A stretch of DNA of 64,000 bases, taken from the NCBI GenBank assembly GCA_965112735.1, contig OZ218956.1:2666001-2730000 (forward strand). Direction: 5' to 3'. The notes beneath the pieces are model-generated. The model made no database searches. It was not told where the DNA came from and saw only the letters and a program-made list of their open reading frames with translations. The position numbers and the translations under genes are program-made. Position 1 is the first letter of the stretch. Every line of letters begins with the position of its first letter. The stretch comes from Phaeosaccion multiseriatum. Lineage: Eukaryota > Protista > Ochrophyta, other classes. Shown here in pieces: positions 57,484 to 64,000 of this stretch.

Positions 57484-59170
57484 TCAGTCCCCGCAAGTAG
57501 GAGAAGGTTGCTGGTCCGCAAAGGTTGGGTCCCTTCTCGTGCACGGGCACCGGCACAACGACAATTTCAAAAGTCGTGTCAGTGTGCTCCCCGCTGCCAG
57601 CAGGTCGATGCTTCTAGAGCCGTGTCCAAGACGTCCTTGCTGCTGTGATGAGGCTCTCCCTTTTCGTCTCGCACAGAGTAAAACAACCTTCGCCTCTTTT
57701 AGTTGCTTCTCCTCGGGCGACTCGGGCACGACAAATGCCACAACAGACCAGTGCCAGGCCCTCATTGCGATGACAAAGACAAAGAGCTTCACTGGCCATA
57801 GGAGGGTGCGCGTCTTGAACGTTCCTTTGTCCATCATGCGGGGCTCCCCTTCTTTGCCTCCATATTCCTTGAAATGCAGAGTCTCGAAAAGGTACGAAGG
57901 TGCGGAGGCCGGCAGAGGTTGTCTATGAGATGCCCTGTGTACCTATCCCCCTTTTGCAATGTGTTGCTCCGGGACCATGGCTCCGTATGACAGTGATGTG
58001 TCCCCTGAGCCTCAAGGAGCCGAAAAGAAGCAACGACGCAAGGGCCAAGAAGATGAGGGGCCGTGTGTGAGGGGGATGGGCGGGGTAACACTGCACATTC
58101 AAGAAAGCTGCGGTACTCTCACCTGATTCTGCCATGTCCTCGGTCTCAGGCATGTCAGACGCCTTGCTGGGCTTTGCAGTGACCGCAAAGGCGGCACTGC
58201 AGATACAAGGAAAAGAGCGGCCGCAGGTGCTTGCTTCAGTGTCTTCAAACCTCCGCTGGCGGCTTCCTTGATACGCGAATCGTCTCTCCTTACGAAAGCC
58301 CCGGCATCATCTACTGCTTGGTCGTTGATGCTGTCCAAGAGAAGCACGAGTCATCCCCAAATTCCGTTCGCACGAGGTCTCTTCCTTCTTCTTGAAAAGG
58401 GATGCCTTCTCTTGTGTTGTGTCATACCGACGGTTCGACCTTCTTCCTCCTCCTCCTGCTGCTGCTGCTTTTCTTCGTCTCGCTCGTCTTCGTCGTCGCC
58501 ATCGCTCTGACACTCTCTTCTCACTGCTGCTGGTTTCCCTGACCGGCTGAAAAAAACTGTGCATCTTGGGGCCCTGATGAGCACTGGATATGAGCTGGTC
58601 ATCTCCACCGTCGCCGGGCGTCACGCTCGAAGCCCCTTTATTCATGACAAGCTCACCGCATTTGGCCTGAGGACCCTCATGTGCAAAGCCCATCACATTT
58701 TCCTCCAATGATGACAGCTCCCGCTCAAACACTCCCTCAGCCATGCGCGCAGGTGATGAAGTCTTCGAGGCCCACAGAGTGTCCCAGTAGAGAGACTTGG
58801 CTGCAGGTCGTAGAGGTCTCGTTCCTTCTCTGTTGATAAGAATTGCTTGCATGCTCGAAACCTTGACTCGCCGTGTGCTGTGCGCAAAGTCTTGAAGCCA
58901 AATATGGCAGGCTCTCTTCTCCAACACCAACACGACGTGGTGATCATTGCCCCCGACGTCGTCATCATGGCAGCATGGCAAGTCTTCCCCAGGTATGCCT
59001 GTACCATGACTTGCGTCGTCTCTCCTTCCCTCCGTTTCCTCTTCCTCTCCTTCTTTCCGCTCTTCTTGCTCCTTCTGTGGCCCTGCGCTCTCTCCTTCTG
59101 TCTGAGGAGCAGGAGTCCGTGTCCTTCGGTGATGACTTTGCTTTTTTTGAAAAGATAAAATAGATCCCAT
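57484..59170 (-). pseudogene. Decayed gene with a Ulp1/peptidase C48-like C-terminal domain
   Basis: CLRPRTWQNQ (compare L.P..WLND), an intron, then PSYLFETL, KLFVFVIAMRAWHWSVVAFV (catalytic His) and QQPSPTCG (Gln/Cys). The Asp motif is not recognisable. Frameshifts and stops are present. Confidence 0.55.
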
Positions 59171-59246
59171 CTCTCACAGTCCGACGACGGCCGATGGCAC
59201 TCGATGGCTATTTTCGTTTCACCCACGTCCTGGATCCGTACTGCCA

Positions 59247-61277
59247 ATGCTGAGGCTCTGGCTGCAGAACCACGCGAAGCATGGCGGATTCAATCGAATC
59301 CGAGGTGAAATGGATCTTGTCCCTCTTTTGATGCAGCTTATGCTCCAGACGGGGGCTTTGAAGAGGAATCATGTGGCATATCAAGCGATGAGCAGGGCCC
59401 ACGCCCTTCTTCGTGCGATTGAGAGCCCTATTCACCAGCAGCTGAGACTATTCACCGAGACCATGCACAACTTATTTGGGCGGCATGCCGTGGAGATGAT
59501 GCATGGCAGCGAGCAAAGAGAACGGGACATGGACGGCAGGACGTGTTTCTTGATTTCTTTGCCTCCTCCTCCGCGAGTGGGGCAAAGGTCGGCAACGAGA
59601 GGGCTATTTCTCTACGCACACATTTCGCGACTTCACAAAACCATGACTATTCAACGTGGCCAGCGTGTCCAGTATACAAACTTGACAAAAAGGCCCTTGT
59701 TCAGCAGAATGACTGCCTTTCTGACAACGTGGTGGTGTATCTGGTCAGTGCACAAAGTGACGGCATAATGATCAAGGCTGGACTGGCCTGTTGTGAAGCT
59801 ACCATGACCAACATCGGCCTCGCCCATAAGCGCCTCTCGCCTCAAGAGGCAAAGGATATCAACGGCATCATGAATGAGAATGAGGTAAGTGATGAAGGCA
59901 GGGGGGGAAGAGGAAAGGAAAGGAGGGGAATGCCGTGCTCAGCGACTTGTTGCTTCCTCTCTGACACGCTGCGCCTTCCGCTTTTTTGCACCGCTTTTTT
60001 TTTTATTACTATTCTGTTTTGTCTTGTCTCTTGTGTTTAAGGTGTCGGACTTTGTCAAGGCCCACCCGCTTGCCACGGAGGTAGAAGAATCCATGTTGAC
60101 GTCTTTGGATTCATCTCTTACAGCGTGCATAGGCGAAGCTTCCGGTGGTACTGGCGATGATGTCGCGCGCAGTATGCACCCAGTCATGGGGGCCTTTCGA
60201 GTCTATCAGTGGGGTCAGGACTGGGAAAGAGCCGACTTGGGGCGACCTGATGAGCAAGTGTGACTGCGCCGAGCAAGAGGGGGGGGGCGCGTGGATTTCA
60301 GCGCAGGCAATGCTGGTACTATAGAGGAAAGAACTATGGGCCACAGCTGTATCTATGGACTGTGCCTCCTCGCAGTTGGCCTTCATGAAGGCCGTCACAT
60401 CACGGTCCCTTCCACGGGAGCTCTGGAGCCTTGCCATGACTACTTTGGAATGCCTGACCTGGCGCATGTGATCAAGAGCTTTCGAGGGGGGTACTTTCAA
60501 CTACTGGCTGATGGTGAGGGGCTTTCCTGTGGGTATGAGGGCGATTGTTGGTTGCTTCTACGATGAGGATGGAACGGTTCGTCGTCGTGTCCGCAAGGCC
60601 GTCACAAGAGAGGACTTGCGGCAGTGACCAGCGTCAGGCTGCAGGAGGCCTTACTCACGGAGGAAGAGAGACGAGCAGGGAGAGCATTCATAGTCGTCCC
60701 AGTGGCTCCGGAGGCAAAGCGTGCATGGACCGAGAATTTGGGAAGAGACATGAAGAAGCCAGGGGCCATCTGCTTTGACCCAAAGACGATGCGCGTTGTT
60801 GTAGTTGACGAGGCCAGGCAAGCGTTGAGAAGTATTCAGGTGATGCATGTCCCTGCGAATAACTATGCGCTCGCCACGGACGCCAGGTTCGGAGACCTCC
60901 ATGCCGGGAGCGGTGCCTTAGACAGCGGGCATGGCTGTCTCGAGTGTGGCAGCAGCGCGGCTGTTGCTGTTGCACGGAAATTGCTGCGACACGGAGCTTG
61001 GTTGGCGACAGAGAAGGGGACTCGCAAGGATGCTTTAGGGACTGTCTGGGTGCCTTTTAGGCACACCAGTAAACACTTTGGCCGTCAGCATTTAGTGGTG
61101 CGCCATGAGGCCTTGGCAACGCTGGTGGCGAGTAGGAGTGGAGACAGATATTGCGCGGGTGAGTTTGAGTCACGGGATTTTCTCGTCCGTGAGCATGTGT
61201 GGGTGCAGTCAGGCAGTGAGGCAGTGTTGCGGCGCTTCAGGGCTGTGGGAGAGAGCATGCAATCGTATTTGAAATAA
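59247..61277 (+). pseudogene. Spliced pseudogene of an unrecognised ~600-aa protein
   Basis: ORF pieces are linked by one frameshift (~59545) and an in-frame GTAAGT...AAG intron at 59885-60041. One frame then runs to TAA at 61277, broken by TGA at 60261 and 60564. Confidence 0.55.
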
Positions 61278-61409
61278 GTGGAAGAAGATATTTTACGATG
61301 TCAATTCGCGTTAGAAGACCAAAGGGCGGTCCAAGCGTTGAAGCCCACTAATGTGTACATGCGGGTGGTAACCTTCCAAATCTAGCACCCCCCCCCCGTC
61401 TCTCCCTCC

Positions 61410-63027
61410 TCATCTCCGGGACTCTGTCTCCGGATCCCGATACGGATCCACCAGTGCCTGTAAGTGGGCCATGACATTGAGGCCCAAGTCCACCCGGTCT
61501 AGCGAGCCGCTGTCTGCTGCAGAGTGGCTTTGGTACCCACCACCACCGCCGCCGCTGCCTGAGGGAAACCCCTCGTCTCCCGCCGCCCCCGCCCCTGCTG
61601 CTGCTGCTGCTGCTGCTCCCCTGCTACTGCCCTCCCTGCCCTCTTCCCTCCCTCCTCCTCCTTGCTCCTCCCCCCCCCCTCCTCCTGTCCTCCTCTCGGA
61701 GGGGCTGACAGACCCATAGCCCCCCTCCAGCACACTCACCACCCTCCCGCTGCAGCACATGTCCGCCACGCGCTGAATGCGCTCTGTGCACCACAAGTAG
61801 TCCTCAGCCGCCAAGTTGCATCCTTGGTGCGTGTGTCTCGTGTGCCTGTGGGTGTGGGTGGGTAGGTGGGCAGCAGACGGGAGAGGTGGGGGGTGGGGTG
61901 TATTAGACATACCTATGGGCGGTTATAAGATGTTTGTAGTGACTTGGGTGTTGCACAAGCTACGAGGAGGGGGGGTAAAGCAGAGCTACTTACTGAGCAT
62001 ACACATCGACCCACCCCCTCCCCCACGTACCGTGCGTTACCGACGTCTCCCTCGGCCGCGTCAAAGCCCGCGCTCAGCAGAATGAGCTGCGGGTTGAAGG
62101 CACGTAGCGCGGGAAGCAAGCGCTGCGTAATGGCGTCTCGGAAAGCCGAGCGGCCTGTTTGCGGCCCTGCCGACGCGTCTTTCACGCTCGCCTTGCTGCG
62201 TGTGCCGCTGCTCACGCCGTCCTTGGCGTGCCAAAGGGGGGCGAGAGGGACGTTGATGACGTTGTTTTCGGTGTCGTCCTGGTCGCCGCTGCCCGGGAAG
62301 AACTCGTACGCCTCCTCCTGATGATGTGTGGGTGGGTGGTGTTGTGGATGTGAGCGGGGGTGTGGTTGGGGTTGATTATGGTGCACAATATGTGTGTATA
62401 TATATATATATGTGTGCGTGTGTGTGCGTGCGTGTGTGTGTGTGCATGCCCTCAAAGGACCAAAGAATCACCGCCAAGGACCTTCATCCTCAACAGACCC
62501 AAGTGGCAGGTGACATCTCAATGCTCCTCCTCCTCCACGCACCCACGCAACCGAACCGAACGTAACGTAACGTACCTTCTGGTAGAGGTGAACGCTGAAG
62601 AAGAGCAGACTGGAGGGCTTGTTGTATGCCTTGACGCACTCCTCCGTGCCGTTACCGTGGTGCACGTCGATATCCACAATGGCGACTCGCCCCAGCTTGT
62701 GCGCCTCCAGGGCGTGAAGGGCCCCGATGGTGACGTTGTTGAAGATGCAGAACCCGCAGCTCACGGCCTGGAGAGGAGAGCGGGAGGTGGGGTGGGCGCG
62801 ATGGTAACATTAAAAAACATTTCAACAAAACCCCCCAAAACTCCCATTTCCAACAAAACTCACCTCCTCCAGCAAGCCGTTGGGTCCGGCGTGGTGTCCC
62901 GGCGGCCGCACGCAGCAAAAGGCGTTACGATTACGCCCGTTCAGAACCCGCTCCACAGCCTCTATCACCGCCCCCGCTGCCCTCCTTGCCGCGGCCAGAC
63001 TTCATGATCGATCGATTGATTGATTGC

Positions 63028-63063
<36 letters not shown>

Positions 63064-63356
63064 ACGTTTCAAGTCGACCACGGGGCCACAGAGGCAGAGG
63101 GGTGTAGGATGAAGGGTGAAGGTGAGGGATGTGAGGGTGTAACCAGAGTACGGAGGCGAACGAATGCCACTGCGACAAGAGGGAAAGGGCCCTTCCTCCC
63201 TCCCTCAACCCCTCCCTACCTGCCTACCTGCCGGTGCTGAAGGATGTGTCGCAGTGTTCTTGAGGCTTAATGTCGCCACTCGCCTTGCGCAGCATGCTCT
63301 TTTGCACCATGGGGGTGAAGGGCACGGACATTACATTGCCTGGTGGGTGGGGAGGA

Positions 63357-63399
<43 letters not shown>

Positions 63400-64000
63400 G
63401 AAGGGGAGGGAAGCCTGCCCCACCCAACACAACCCTGCCCCAACACTACCCTACCCTACCCTTCCCTACCCCTCCCCTACCCCACTCCACCCAACCCCCA
63501 AACCTACCCACACTACTCACCCTCCTCGGTCTCGAGCTTCTTGCTGAGGTCGTTGACGAAGCGCAGATAATCCGAAGTGTGCACGCGAGCAAGAGCCTCT
63601 ACTGGGGCCCTGTCAACAGAGTCAGAAACCTCCACCTCGTATCCAAGAGGGGCGCCAGAAGCACGACCGTCCCGCAGTGCTTGCATTATCGCCTTGGGTG
63701 GGTGGGTGCGTGAGTGAGAGGGTGCGTGAGTGAGTGGGTGCGTGAGTGAGGGGGTGCGTGAGTGAGTGGGTGGGTGAGTCATTGAGTGATTGAGTTAGAG
63801 TGGGTGACTGACTGACTGGCTGACTGACTGACTCACGTCCATCCCTCCCTGACTACCTCACCTTGATGCGGTCTGGGCACTCCCAGTCCCTCGCCGACCT
63901 GGGCTGGTGCAGCAGGCACTCGTCGTGGTGCAAGATGAGGGTACGTGTGCTGGGCTCTGCCAAGTAAAAGGCCTGCAGGGGGTGGGGTGCAGTCACAGCA
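61410..64000 (-). CDS. Zn-dependent histone deacetylase (class II-like), 3' part; the 5' end lies beyond the window
   Basis: ECPDRI, LARVHTSDYL, NAFCCVRPPGHH, GFCIFNNV, VAIVDIDVHHGNGTEE, FFPGSG, LILLSAGFDA and GRVVSVLEGGY. Confidence 0.95.

Noticed and set aside
60261-60566. In-frame TGA codons read as selenocysteine or a recoded genetic code
   Set aside because: The same gene has a frameshift, there is no redox-motif context, and host genes in the window use TGA as a stop.
60790-60830. VVVVDEARQ resembling an SF1 helicase Walker B
   Set aside because: No Walker A or downstream GDxxQL motif.

Overview
GC-rich, intron-rich eukaryotic nuclear DNA. It is most likely from a photosynthetic stramenopile, because two genes start with a signal peptide plus an 'AF' plastid-targeting motif. 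Positions 1-29.2 kb are a compact housekeeping block: the 5' end of a plastid-targeted gene, BCS1, Notchless/NLE1, a DUF1445 hydro-lyase, RPL34, a PSMD5-like chaperone, a DUF4239 membrane protein, a mitochondrial carrier, an unknown membrane protein and an alpha/beta hydrolase. Several of these form head-to-head pairs. Positions 29.4-61.3 kb are mostly accessory or mobile DNA around one large host gene, a 15-exon FG-GAP/mucin-stalk type I membrane protein. This part includes a 788-bp TIR element with a 6-bp target-site duplication and internal hairpin/(GGGA)n units, two nested and oppositely oriented decayed Ty3/gypsy retrotransposons, an LTR palindrome, and Ulp1-like and unknown pseudogenes next to further copies of the TIR ends. 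A histone deacetylase gene runs off the right end. The most notable observation is that both gypsy copies carry a WRN/mut-7/RNase D-type DEDDy 3'-5' exonuclease inside pol, between RNase H and integrase. All exon boundaries were read by eye and no database search was run.
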